From: Ascidiella aspersa
Taxonomy: Eukaryota
Assembly (NCBI GenBank): GCA_963924565.1
Contig: OZ004610.1
Coordinates: 7,688,001-7,752,000 of the forward strand
Direction of reading: 5' to 3'
DNA: 64,000 nucleotides
Part shown: positions 49,301-61,268 of the stretch, one piece after another
Numbering within the stretch: the stretch's first letter is position 1
How the letters are laid out: every line of letters starts with the position of its first letter
Position numbers and translations under genes: made by a program
The notes under the pieces: generated by a model
The model's input: only the letters and a program-made list of their open reading frames with translations
The model's database searches: none
What the model was told of the DNA's origin: nothing

Positions 49301-51643
49301 CACGTCCTTGTAATCAGTTCCATGTTACATCAAACATTTTCAGGGTAAGGACATCAAACAAACAAAAATACTTGTTTTTTCAAATGCGTCGGTGAAGCAG
49401 TGTTCGACAAGCAGAATCCTGCTACCAATAATTTAGGATTCAAGGAAAATACATCCGTTTACAGCAGTGTTTCCCAACCTTTTTTCATAGTAGTGCCCCC
49501 TTGCGCTCCATATTATTTCGTACCGCCCCTCACTAAATTAATGACGTAGGTGCATAACTTAAAAAAATTAAAGCAAATACTTTACATATAACACTAATTT
49601 CGTTAAGGTTTAAACACACTGGTGCAAGGTACTCTGAGCTAATGGAATTTTACTGGATTACTGGCACTGGTCTAGAATAGTGCTCCGCAACCTTTTTCCA
49701 CTTGCGGCACACCAACAGAGATAAAACAATTTGACCGCACACCTACGAAATGTATGTCGATTGACAATAGACAACATCAGCAAATATCATAGGCAGTAAA
49801 TAGAAAAAAGGGGCGATTTGTTATGAAAGGCGTCGAAAATTTTACGTACTACATTCCTTTATCATCTGATTTTAGGGTTTGGCAGAATTACTAGATTTTC
49901 TCGGTTAACGTCCTGAAAAGTGTGCCCCCTTGCAATAGCTACTTACAGAGGGCTTTTATAGCATTCAAAAAATCCAACCCAAACTTGGTGCTTTGTACTT
50001 TTTCGTTTAATATATTTTTTGAACTAGCTGCTAAGATTAACTTATGGGTGGGGTTAGAATTATACGATCAAAACTTTACCTGCCTTGATGAAATATACAT
50101 TTTTCGCATTAATTCGATTGATCATTAAAAAATGCATCTCCGGGAACTTCGAGGCACACCGGTTGCAGAGAACTGGTAATCCTACCACATGGTTGAAACA
50201 TTTATTAAAGCAATGCATAACTTTTAGGTTAAGGTGTCGGTTAGTGTTTGGGTGGGTCAAGTATTATCATTTAACAATATTGCTTTTAACATAGCCAAAC
50301 GCTAACCCGCACCCTAACCCAAATAATGTTTGCTGTGGTAGGATTCTAGACCAACGCCAGATTACTGCCTATAATATACATGCATTATTTCTCAACGTTA
50401 TGTTATTACGAGGAAAAATTAAACTTTTTGCACCAAGACTTTTAATAAACAAACATCTGCACCAAGACTTTTAATAAACAAACATTTTATCGCGTATAAA
50501 AAAGTGAAACGCATCAACAACCAACGGGAACACACAATGAGACCTAAAAAGCAACAATACCTAAAGCAGAAAAATCTATAATTCCATAGTATTAAAACCA
50601 ACAACATAATATAGTCAAATACCCAGTAATATCCAGTACAGAATAAGATCCAAATCGTCTAAATAAGACCTAAATCTGTCGGAATACGTCCTAAAATCAT
50701 CCGAATAAGGCCTAAATAACGCCCGAAACTGTAGATAGAAGATATGGGACAATCCGTCGGTCTGGCATTGGCCGTTTTAGTGACGATGTTTGGGCGCCAC
50801 CGCCACTGTTTTGGCACCGGATTTTGGGTCCTGTTAGGGGTTATTGTAGGGCAATGGGTTGGGTTAGTAGAAGATGGGTTGGTTGAAATTATTAGGGGAG
50901 TTAGTTATGCACTTAGGATTGGGTTTGGGGTTAGTTAAAGTGTTGTTTAGGCCTAATTTTGACCATTAAAGTCTTATTCCGACGGATTTAGGACTTATTG
51001 CGATTTAAACAGCACTACAACCATTATGTATTAGTCCTATTTTGGCCTTATTCCGAACTGTGTTTCATTCTGACGTTGATGTTGTTCTTATCTCGGTCTT
51101 ATGGCTAAAAAAGCGAATTATTACGTCAGGAGTTAACAATGCGTGGGAAACTACTACGTTCGCAGTACTAAATTGCCATTTAAGCCTCAATGTTACATAT
51201 TACAGTGCTGTTTGTTACTATTTTTATGTAAACAGTTCAGAAAATTTTGCAAAAAGTACTTTTACGTAACGCCCCCTTAAGTGCGTTCAGTGCCCCCCAA
51301 ATGAGACAAAGACCCAAAACGCCCCCTTGTAACTCGCTAACGCCCACAAGGGGGTGGTACCGCCCACGGTGGGAACCTCTTGTTTACAGTGTTTATATTT
51401 CGATAACGATTACTTGTTAGCAATTAGAAACAAAGTGTGATATCTTTATGGAGAGGCTTTATCTCACTTACCAGCACGATTTACTTGCGAAGTAGAATTA
51501 ATATTGTTCACCCTCGGCGAGTCTCGTTGGCGCACTGAAACACAAACATCGAAATCGCCTTGGTCGCCAGCAGAGCAAAGACAGACTGCAGAAGAAAGAA
51601 AGACCGTCCAAATAAACAAAAATGTCCCCAAAGCAGTAACCAT
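46346..51643 (-). CDS. Secreted short-collagen + F5/8 type C (discoidin, lactadherin-like) protein, 6 exons, 266 aa: complement join(51643-51472,49207-49091,48797-48741,48430-48284,47147-46978,46483-46346)
   Basis: GT-AG introns with phases 1,1,1,1,0 chain to 801 nt. Signal peptide MVTALGTFLFIWTVFLSSAVCLCSAG; (GXY)6 GKMGPRGPRGFKGDVGPPG; ECVC; helical neck QQRLDEMQSEIDRLK. FA58C hallmarks: IPDSALTAS, GPRFARL, WVAG, QWIQVDLG, GIVTQGR, QWITSFRISY, FVGN, ITARYFRL, SLRMEFLKC. AATAAA on the minus strand at 46272-46277. Confidence 0.9.
47209..47713. mobile_element. Best-preserved tRNA-derived repeat, with two inverted tRNA-like heads, in intron 4 of the collagen-discoidin gene
   Basis: Bounded by GC(C/G)CTTCTGAA direct repeats; plus-strand partial head at 47259-47316, minus-strand full head at 47473-47546. 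Confidence 0.85.
47473..47546 (-). pseudogene. tRNA-like cloverleaf (SINE head or pseudo-tRNA, nominal anticodon GGC)
   Basis: GCCTGTA-TA-GCTC AGTTGGTA GAGC-GA-CGGTC CCGGCTT GACCG-GAGGTC-GTGAG TTCGAAC CTCGC-TGCAGGC. All four stems pair and A/B boxes are intact, but the loop lacks U33 and purine-37 and the sequence sits within a repeat. Confidence 0.75.
49465..51381. mobile_element. hAT-type MITE expanded by nested insertions (intron 1 of the collagen-discoidin gene)
   Basis: CAGTGTTTCCCAACC ... GGTGGGAACCTCTT with TSD GTTTACAG (49457-49464, 51382-51389). Contains the CTGGTCTAGAAT foldback (49661-50360) and the 50670-51070 repeat. Confidence 0.75.
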
Positions 51644-54600
51644 TCTGTAGGTATTTCTAGGTACTAGTTTTATCTTGGTAACCGTTTTCTGCTTATTTTA
51701 TTCGCACCTAACCATATAAAATAGTCAATCAGAAAGTTTTTAGGAGGAAGTTAGCCTTATCTTATTATCCAGATAACTTGTAAACTTATATAAATTAGTA
51801 GCTGTTTCTGTGATGTTATAGCTGTAGAAACCAATTAAAACATCCGAAATTTTATAGATACGCTGGGTTCTACCTTTCAAACTTAATCAAATTTAAACAA
51901 ACATTATATGGAATGCAATGTTGTTCCACAAAAGGTTAACGTTAATCAATCACATTAAAGATTGTAAGATAAACACTTTTTTAACACACGCCTGCTAATA
52001 AACTGCAAATGGAAGAACGCATGATTTTGTACGCCTTCACACATAAAATTTCCCAATCAATGCTCGTCAAAAAAAGTTTCAAATTAAAAGGTAAGTCTCA
52101 TACCCTTAAACACGCTTACAAACTTCGCAATGAGTTCATTAACCAAAGTGTTTATAAAAAACTGTAACATCAATATCCTGTGTATAACTGCTTATACTTT
52201 CCTGCGACAAAAAGTCCTTTTCGTCAAGCAACTGGCACACTTTATGCAAAAATATTTTAGTTATTTTGATATAGTTACCAGCAAAAATGTATTACACAGA
52301 AGTGGCGAAAACTTAATTCTGAGTTGCTTATGAATGTTAGCGTCTCGTTTCCAATATACGAACAGCTAATGCTAAGCGCATTGCCATTTTCGTGAAACCT
52401 GCAAAACACTGGTTCGTATCTCCGATAAAGCATATTAACAACTATAATTATCGTGTCGGCGTGTCGTATTTCTCGTAACCCCATGATTGACATGCAACAT
52501 AATTGACAACACATTGGACCAAAGCATGAAAAAATCGGCTTTTTGCACCTGCCTGGTACCTGTGTAAAGTGCCTGTGTAAGTTTGCCAAAATCTGGGCTG
52601 CGTCATTTTGCTGTGTTGCCAAAATCTGGGCTGCGTCAAATCTTATGATTTTTTTACAGTGTAACCCGTAGCGGCTTAATGTCCTATATTAGTTAATTTT
52701 ATTAATAAGCTTTACTAGCTAATTCTGCCTATTTATTTAAGAGCATCAACGGCCGTGAGTTCGTGTTGTTTTCCTAGATTAATCTTGTTTGAAGCTTGTA
52801 ACAAAACACACACCACTCGATTCCAATTGATAGATATATTAAATGCATTAAAGTTAGTATTCATAATTATTGCCAAACGAATCGATTGATGTACACAAAA
52901 CACCATGGTCTTACATTTCCGATTATTCTAACATATTGCGAATGACAAACATTAACTGACAATTCATAATTGAAAACTCACAGCCGATAACTTAAAAGTC
53001 CAAAGCAAATTCACACAAATTACAAAGCGCCGCCGCTGATTAGGCCTGCCATATTCGAGACTTTTAGTTTGTGTCTGTTGACTGGCGTTGAGACCATTAC
53101 ATGGCTGGCAATCCCAAAGGAACTGTTTCGCCAGATTTAGCTCGGCACAGCTGAGCAGACGAGCTATTAATTTGATTAATTTGAACCACATGTAAGTTAA
53201 TTACATGTTGCGAACGTACGTAAGGGCGACGTAACAGTGAGGCAACATAACCTGACAGGGCTATGCAGTGTTTTTTAAGCCTTCGGCGTCAGGTGCACCT
53301 GGCGAGCGAAGTTGTCGAGATATTTTTGTGGTTATACCGACATTTCTCTTGAATTTCATTCAGATTTTTCTTAAATATCATAATAAAAATACTTTCGCTC
53401 CAGGGGCACCACCAAATTTACAGGTCTACAGGTGTGCCCGGCGGTAAAATATGTTGAACACTACCCTAAGGACAAAAACCAACATGTAACAATATAAAAT
53501 GTGCCTTCTTGTCGCCCATAGCGGCAACCAACCTAGCGAAGAAATATTTGTGTCTAATTTGTAAATCGATGTATTTCTACCAACTCAGTAATGTTTCGGA
53601 TTTTATTCAACGCATGGAGTTGTTTGTTCTATTGTAAAACAGATTTATTGTCAGTGATTTCAATCTTGAATATTCATTTCTTCTATTTAGTTCCAGTGAC
53701 TTAAATGTGGCCATTCCTCGAAACAAAATTTTACCTTTATTTCTTTTTTTTTGGAAAAGGTTTTTCGCTTGAACGAATTTTTTGTTTTAGCACTTTTTTA
53801 AGTGTTAAGTACTGCACGCCACATGTTGTGTTGTATAAAATCATACTTTCAGAAACAACAGTGAATTTACACCTAGCAATTAAATGCACAACTAATTTTT
53901 TTTACATTGAACTGCCTCTTATTTGCACTATGGGTGTGATGTTTCTATTTATCTGAAAACACTCTCGGTATATAGCTGAGCGTTTGACTATAATACATAT
54001 TAGTCGTATTGTGGCGTGCGAATTTGGTAAATTGTGTCAAGGGGGCGCGTCCCCAAAAGTTTAGGACCCCTGCTATCGGGATTTGTTTGCACGTTTAACG
54101 CTCACCAACCCGCGGGTCCACGTTAAACTTTTTAACCTCCCTAAAAGATAAACATAAAAACTGTAATATTAATAAATCAATTTTTACGATAACGTAAAAC
54201 CAATTAGTACATTTGAAGGTTCTCAAACATTACATTAGTGCTCTCAATTTGATGTCAACTGAGACAAGCGTTTGGAGCTAAGTGTGCTGTATTTTGCATC
54301 TGGAAATGTAAAAATGGCGAATTAGTGCTATAAAAATTAAAGGATTCTTTTTAAGAAGAGCCCGTTTCTTTAACTAATTGAGCGAATTGGTAGTTCTTTG
54401 AATTTGATTTTACCTGCCGATTTCTTAGTTAACATACGTAAGCGTTGAGTGAAATTTACAGTTGATATTATTTAGTTTAGGGGGTATGTAAACTTTTAAA
54501 CCAATGGGCAAATATGTGTATCCAGGACAGCCTATGGGCCAGAAATTTGCATGGGGATTAAAAAGCGAAAAACTACATTGAGCAGATTTAGCTTAATTGT

Positions 54601-55043
54601 TCTTTGTTTAAGCCTAAAATACAATGACTTTTTTCTGTTAAAACTGTTTTTAAAATTGCATATCCTTCTTTTAGTCACGCAACAATACAAGAAGAGTTTC
54701 ATATTGAGCTTATGACGTGGTGAAAACAAGTCTAAAACCTAGGCCAGACTGTATCGAACAGACAGACTTTAAAAATGGTAATTTGTTTAATCAGAAATGA
54801 GCGAACGTTTTAGCTCAATTTTCATCAACAAACACCCTTAAAATTAATATGTACATCGGTGTAAAATAAAATACCTTACAATACATTTAAAAGCATAACA
54901 CGATAAGAAACATAACATAGACTGTTGATTAAAGGTTTTGTACTAAGAGATTTATAATAAACAAATCAATTACATTTTAGCTTATAGCCATAAAACTTAA
55001 AAAAAAAACGCTGCGCCGTAACAAACCAATTTTGATATAACAC

Positions 55044-55829
55044 TTATACATCATAAAAATCAATATGTGCACCAGAATTAAAAGAATTCTTGTGAATTAA
55101 CATCATGAGCTTGGACGCTGACGCAGAGCATTCAACATACGTTTTGTTATTTTTCAAATCTTGAAATATTTTTGCAGTAATGGGATCATTTATGCAAGAT
55201 AATGTATCCGTCATAGCTGTTGGCATTGGACCAGGAGCCCAGTTTAGCACTCGCACATCTTTTCTTTCCTCTGCCAAGACTCTAAACATCATGTCTCTGG
55301 CTGATTTGCCTGCACAATACATTGACATTCCCCGAAAAGGCTGAATTGCACACAATGATGAAATGTGTATCACAAAACATGTGCAATGTTTAGGAATGCT
55401 TTGCAGAAATTGTGCTGTCAGAAACATTGCAGAGGTCACATTAGTATCCATATACTTTGAAATTTCGCCAAAGTCTTTTTGCATGTCAAACTGGACATTT
55501 ACATCTCCAAGGGTTCCAGCATTATTGAAAAGAATACTACTGACAAACGTGTGAGAGTTAAGACCTTCAAGACAACGATCCATAAAATGAACTAGATCTT
55601 GCTCATTACTAATATCAGCAACTAAAAGCTTTAATACAATTCCTTGATTTTCATTTTGTTTGCTCAAAAGGGTTTTCTGTGCACATTTCAATTCTTTTTC
55701 GTTTCTTCCTGATAAGACCAATACAGAACCATCACACAATTTTGGCAGCAAAGCTTCAGCAATTGCATATCCATATCCACGATTTGCGCCAGTTATTATG
55801 GCAAACACAGGATTTTGGAGGGGGTCCAT
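55044..55829 (-). CDS. SPR: Sepiapterin reductase (classical SDR, BH4 biosynthesis), 261 aa, intronless CDS
   Basis: ITGANRGYG cofactor motif, NNAG, HISSLCA, catalytic YCAGK, ARDMMFRVLAEE, VRVLNWAPGP, C-terminal SGAHIDFYD typical of SPR. Start moved to ATG 55829 because a splice acceptor (TTTTTATTTTTAG, minus strand) at 55861 cuts off the longer ORF start. Confidence 0.95.
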   Translation of the reverse strand: MDPLQNPVFAIITGANRGYGYAIAEALLPKLCDGSVLVLSGRNEKELKCAQKTLLSKQNENQGIVLKLLVADISNEQDLVHFMDRCLEGLNSHTFVSSILFNNAGTLGDVNVQFDMQKDFGEISKYMDTNVTSAMFLTAQFLQSIPKHCTCFVIHISSLCAIQPFRGMSMYCAGKSARDMMFRVLAEERKDVRVLNWAPGPMPTAMTDTLSCINDPITAKIFQDLKNNKTYVECSASASKLMMLIHKNSFNSGAHIDFYDV

Positions 55830-55941
55830 TATCAAAAAATATACAGAAATAATCAAGGATCTAAAAATAAAAACAGCATTCAATATCTTATATATCTAAA
55901 ATATATTATGTTTTAAATAGATAAGGTCTAACTGTATTCCT

Positions 55942-56324
55942 ACTACACCGTAAGACTTTTAAAAGACTAGCCCAATCAGTCAATCAATTAAATATTTTAT
56001 GCCAGAAAGGCCAGGCTAGATATACAATAGAACTATCATTATGCGAGGTTTAAAAGCACGACCTCGGTCATACCAGGCCGTCTCTCTACCAACTAAGCTC
56101 AGAGGGGAGCAATCAAGAAACAACCTTAACACTATTGCTTGCATCCTGTTAGTACATTTGCATTGCACGTCGTCGACGAAAGATGTATGCATGTAACTGT
56201 AGAACAACTGTGATCTAGCCTTTAAAGCTTGTTTTTTGATAAACAATAACGGATTGCATATTGCATTGCTTATTACGTTTACCTTAAAGATTTGCATTAA
56301 AGACTTGCTCACTTACGGTGTAGT
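55942..56324. mobile_element. TIR-bounded element containing a decayed tRNA-like module
   Basis: Perfect 13-bp inverted repeat ACTACACCGTAAG (55942-55954) / CTTACGGTGTAGT (56312-56324); interior 56040-56225 aligns with 47478-47712. Confidence 0.65.
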
Positions 56325-56846
56325 CTGATATGTAAGCCTTTATCGACGTCAAAATACAACTACAGAAAAGCCAGATCACAGTTGTTGTTCGTTTATTTAT
56401 AAATGCATCTTTATTTTAAATTCCTACTATTTGGAACATTTATTTTCACACTAAACAAAACGCATTTTCACAATCAACGTATTTTTTTAACAATAGCTCA
56501 AATTGCAGCCGAGTGAGCACGATGTGTCCAGAACTTCCTGGTTGTGTCAAAATATTTCCTGGTTGTGTCAATATGAATTAACAGCCACCATCCGGTCGAT
56601 GATGAACAGTTTAAGGCCATATGGAAAGCCATAGCCACATATGTGAATTTTGAAAAGTATTGTTAGGTAAAGCCACATAAGTTCTGACGGTTCAACATTA
56701 ATTGCAATTTACTATTCTATTTTTTATTACGTATGCCTACTTAGTGTTTGTAATGACTACTGCGAACCATTTGTCCACTTTATATTTCGAATATAATGGC
56801 TAGAATAAAATGTATTTACTTTCTTTAAAATGCCGTAGCAAAACAG

Positions 56847-57297
56847 CAGGCGCGGATCCAGAAATTTTGTTTTGGGGGAATAAAGACTTTTCAAGATATG
56901 GCGTCACAAAGTTTTGTTATAACATGACGTCATAAAGTTACGTTATTACTCGACGTCACAAAGTTACGTTATAACGTGACGTCACAAAGTTCGATCCAAA
57001 CGTGGTCACGTAGTTACTTTAAGCAACACGCACTTAATTCGTTTATTTGCTTAAAGTTAGATTGGAGAGGCTTAGTTTCAATACACAGGCTTTAATAAAA
57101 ATTAGTCTTGATTCAAAAACAACGCCTTTTATGTTTAGGACTGGTTTTCAACCCTTCATTTCCGAGGGTGCAATGAGAAGGACAACGCCTTCGGATTCGC
57201 GTGGATGGCCAACTATACTTTTGCATATAGTTCAAATAGGCCAAAAATTCAGTGGCTAAGACATAACCACGTGGTTTTCTCCCCTGGATCCACCCTG
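56847..57297. mobile_element. MITE with internal TGACGTCACAAAGTTACGTTATAAC repeats
   Basis: CAGGCGCGGATCCAG / CTGGATCCACCCTG termini; about 4 copies of a ~26-bp unit at 56898-56990; related copy at ~61536-61872. Confidence 0.7.
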
Positions 57298-59467
57298 GTT
57301 CACAGCCGAGCGCATTGTGGCCTCAGACCCTTTAGTAAATGCAGTTTTCGCTATTTATTTCTTTGCAATATTGCCTTTGTATCACGCGTACTTTGCTAAC
57401 ATATTTTCAATTTTTAAAAAACAAGATAAACGTTACCATGCCATAAAATGTCTATTTTCAGATTTAAAAAAGGGAACGGTCTGGGACGCTGTTCGAACAA
57501 GAATAGCTGGCCGAGCGGCGACCCGGTAAAATAGTTTTTGCAGGTACGCGGTACCTGTAAAAAATCTTGAAAATAATTATTTGCCTGCCTGCATGTCAAA
57601 TTGAACCTGAGTCGATACTTAATCATTCTCGTAAATTTCATAACGGGTTTGGACATTTTAAATACTAGTCGATTCGAAAGTTTAAATTGTCTAGCCATAT
57701 AGGGTTTGATTTAATTTGGTTGTTACCTACCCTCATGTAAAGAATTTGCTAATATTACTTAAATGTTTTTTAACAAGTAATTTGTTTGGTAAGAGTTTAG
57801 TATTTCGCTCTAAATCCCCCCACATATGCCGCCTTTAAGGTGCAACATTTTTATTGCCGTTTGAGTCCAATTTTGAAAACGGTATGATAAGTTATAATCA
57901 ATCGACAAATATGTGTTATGTACTGGCATACGAAAATTGGTATTAGTTGACGGTAATCTGCATGGCAGGAGTGGCGTGAATAGGTCTTGGAATGCATTAT
58001 CGTAAAGCTGCAACGAAGCAGAATGAGCGTGCAACTCTATAGTACCAACACAACAAAGTTTCACCTTTAAAGTTTGTGTGTAGGTTAGTCGTAAAAAAAG
58101 TTGTGAAGGGAATTAACATTGGCCGCCTCATCAAAAGTACATGATTAAACAAACACATTGTTTTCGCATTATATTTCTATTAACTTCCAAATATATATAT
58201 TTTAGCGTATTTGCTGTAACCTCCTAATCACCATTGTAAAAGTTTATTCGGATTATTACTAGTTTACTTCGGATACTCAAAACTTGTTAAGCAACGCTGC
58301 GTTCTGAGGCACGAGTTCACCTAACCGTTTTTACTGCGTTTTGCTTGACAACTTTCGATATATCAACTCCTATGGTAACATAAAAAGTCCCAACAGCAGT
58401 TTATAGGCTACCTGTTGGATTGCTACTATTTCTCAAATGTAAAACAAAGTTTTAATCCAAAAATCTGTTTTGGTAAAGAGCGATAGCTCAACCATAAGTG
58501 AAAAATTTTATTTAACGTTCACAGTGATTATCTATCTCAGAAGTTCTTCAACCATGCTCCGCGACTCCCTGTTGCGTCGTACAATGATCTCGTAGCTTCG
58601 TGATTTTCGTTTGCGCGCTCCGTCGCCATATCGTGTTTGATCGGATGAATGGTGTGTCACAATTTTGGATTGAATGTTTAGACAAATCATATGGGCCTAA
58701 AATTTATTTTCGGGACATATTTTGTTTTTGTTCGAAATCTTTATGTATTGTTTTTTTTTGGTTTGTTTTAGACTGTTATTTGTTGAGAATTTTACAGTAA
58801 AACTATAAATCGTAGACACTTGAAGTATCCATACACGAAGTAGGCTGATATGTAGATGTCGTTTTGCGGGTTAGGGTTCTGTTCACTTAGGGTCCTTTCA
58901 TAGCTGGGGGTAAAATTTCAAACAAATTGTGAAGTCTTCGTAAAATAGATTTTAGCCCTGTACTCCTACCTAGTGGTAGAAATATCTCCTAAGTAAACCC
59001 GGTCGTCTAGCGGTAATACGTAATGACCTGACAGGGACTTGGTTTAGGTAACAGATGACTTAGACTGGAACTTGACTTATCGTTCATCGAAAACGACTTG
59101 ACTTGAACTAGTATTAAACCTATTTAGTCTCCCAATCTGGTCTTCTGCCCTCAACGTCATCAGTGACCGTCGGACGCAGCCCACAGAAACCACCTAGGCC
59201 GCACCGGGCGTTCGCTTCAGGCACTCGTTAGGAGAGAAAAAGGTTATTACGTCAGACAGTGGTAGGCAAGCCTTATCGCGGGTTGGCCGCTCTATAGAAA
59301 AGTAAAGCCTATATGTCGTACATTCAGAGCCCGGATATTTCAAGCGGCGATACAGCACCTCGACTTAACACAGTAGCAACTGTTAATCGCGAAGCCAGCC
59401 ATTGGCGCCGAAAAAAATTTAAGTAACTGTCGTTTTACCGTTTAGGCTGCCGTGCCGAAATCCAGGA

Positions 59468-59563
59468 ATGGCGACGTTTTTTCTCATGTTTCTCACACTG
59501 TTTGCTTTCTGGAAGAGCACCGATGCAACCAATCTAACTGACTTCTACAATTTTATTCGGTGA
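59468..59563 (+). other. Small ORF or first exon encoding a signal-peptide-like sequence (MATFFLMFLTLFAFWKSTDATNLTDFYNFIR)
   Basis: ATGG start inside a CpG-rich patch; hydrophobic h-region and TDA cleavage-like site; donor CG|GTGAGG at 59559/59560 overlapping the TGA. Confidence 0.35.
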
Positions 59564-61268
59564 GGTGCGCTGGGGCCGCGTTGCATTACTTACTTTAGTG
59601 CTGTGTCTCGTTAAGTCGCATGCTTGACCGAAAGATTATATAACTGACCCAAAGAGGCGTAGGTACTAATGTACCTTGTTTCGTATTTTTTTCGTTTTAT
59701 ATGAAAAAATGATGAACTTGAATTAAATCACAGCCAGGGAGAAGCTGACTAGATGACTTAACAGTCTTTCGACGCCCCCTGGGAACCACGGCCGCTTCTT
59801 TTTTATTTTAAATTTTGCATGCATATACCGGTACCGGTTTTCCGAAATAAATTTAAATTTATCTATCCATCTAAGGGGAGGGGATACATATGTCCAGGGG
59901 CTCCAAGGTGCAGGGGCGCCCAAATGAGGCTAACAAATGCCAAAATGAAGCCGCTTCTTCTTTAAATGCAATATTCTAATAAAATATAAAATAGTTTTCC
60001 GTATAATGTAAGGTACATTATGCAAATGTAATATAAAATGTGATTAAACATGGAGGAAGGGGCGCCAACTTTGTAGCTGGCCCCCGGGTGCAAAATACCC
60101 TGGCTAACCCTTTGCCCGCTTTTATTAATTTTAGTTGAACAGACTTTATGGCGCTTGTTAATTTTCGCTCAGTTAATAAACGATTAAATCCAAATTATTG
60201 GAATAGTTTCTTTGTTGTTAAGTTCTCAATGGTAAATGTGCAATTAAAGCATTAAACACACAGCATACTGTCTGTATAGCAACAACGAAGGAATAATCTT
60301 TGAGCTGTTATCTTCAGGCTAATTGTATCCTAAACTTTGCGCACACTTTCGGGTAGCATATAAAACAATTTTATTTGTGGTCATGGGCGCACCCCCCTCT
60401 GGAATTTGAAAATGCGATTTTTATTATTGTTTACCTATAATATTTAAGTTAAATTATGGGTATATGTTCATATTGCTATATTTCGCTTTTTTGCGTTTTT
60501 CAATCTGTTTGAGGTCTGGGGTGCACATAAAGTTTAAAACAAAGTTTCCCAAGAGCAGTCACCAGATCATACTTTTGTCATTTCATTAGGATGCCCACTC
60601 AGTTTCACCAAGTGCTTTCGAAACCGCTGCTGTTTTTTAAGACAATCGATCGTTAGAGTTTCAGAAAACAGCATGGCATTGCGCTCACCCCTCTAATAGC
60701 TCTGCCAACTAAACGAGAGCAAGTCCTTTTCAACCTCCAACTCTAAATAGATTCATTTATTATTTTAAATTTGAACGTTTGCCGTTTAGTATCGATGCTG
60801 ACGTAATTTCCGTTTTTTAACCACGTTAAGACAATTGGCTGCAAGAATTGCAGAAAATGCTGACCTAAGATAAAAAGAGAAAAATATGAAGAGGATAGTC
60901 CCCTCACTTTCAACTTTGGATCGATGTATAACTTGTTTCTTTTTGTTCGTAACTTCTTTTCTCCTCTTATAATTTTTTTGGTATCGATTCGGGCTCTTTC
61001 CGGGTTTCGTGAAACCACATACAGACAATCGCCTGCTAAAGTTGCGGAAATGACTTAACGCTCGTCCCTTGTAGGAAGACACATACAAAGAGAAAAGAGT
61101 AACCGCTTTTAAGTGATTTCAGTCACCTGACTCCATTTGTTTTTAGAATCGTTGCTTCAGCATCCCAATTATTTAAGCATTGTTTCTTTTAATGTCAAGC
61201 GGAGTAATTTGGTCCTAGAGAACCGGTTTTGTATTTGATGCAGATTGCTTTAAAACGATTGGCGCAAT

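Noticed and set aside
51643-55044. SPR and the collagen-discoidin gene as an operon
   Set aside because: Same strand but 3.4 kb apart with intervening repeats; no abutting polyA/acceptor junction seen.
55830-55883. 18-aa N-terminal extension of SPR in the ORF track
   Set aside because: Crosses a splice acceptor and starts at a non-ATG codon; the 261-aa product from ATG 55829 fits the family.
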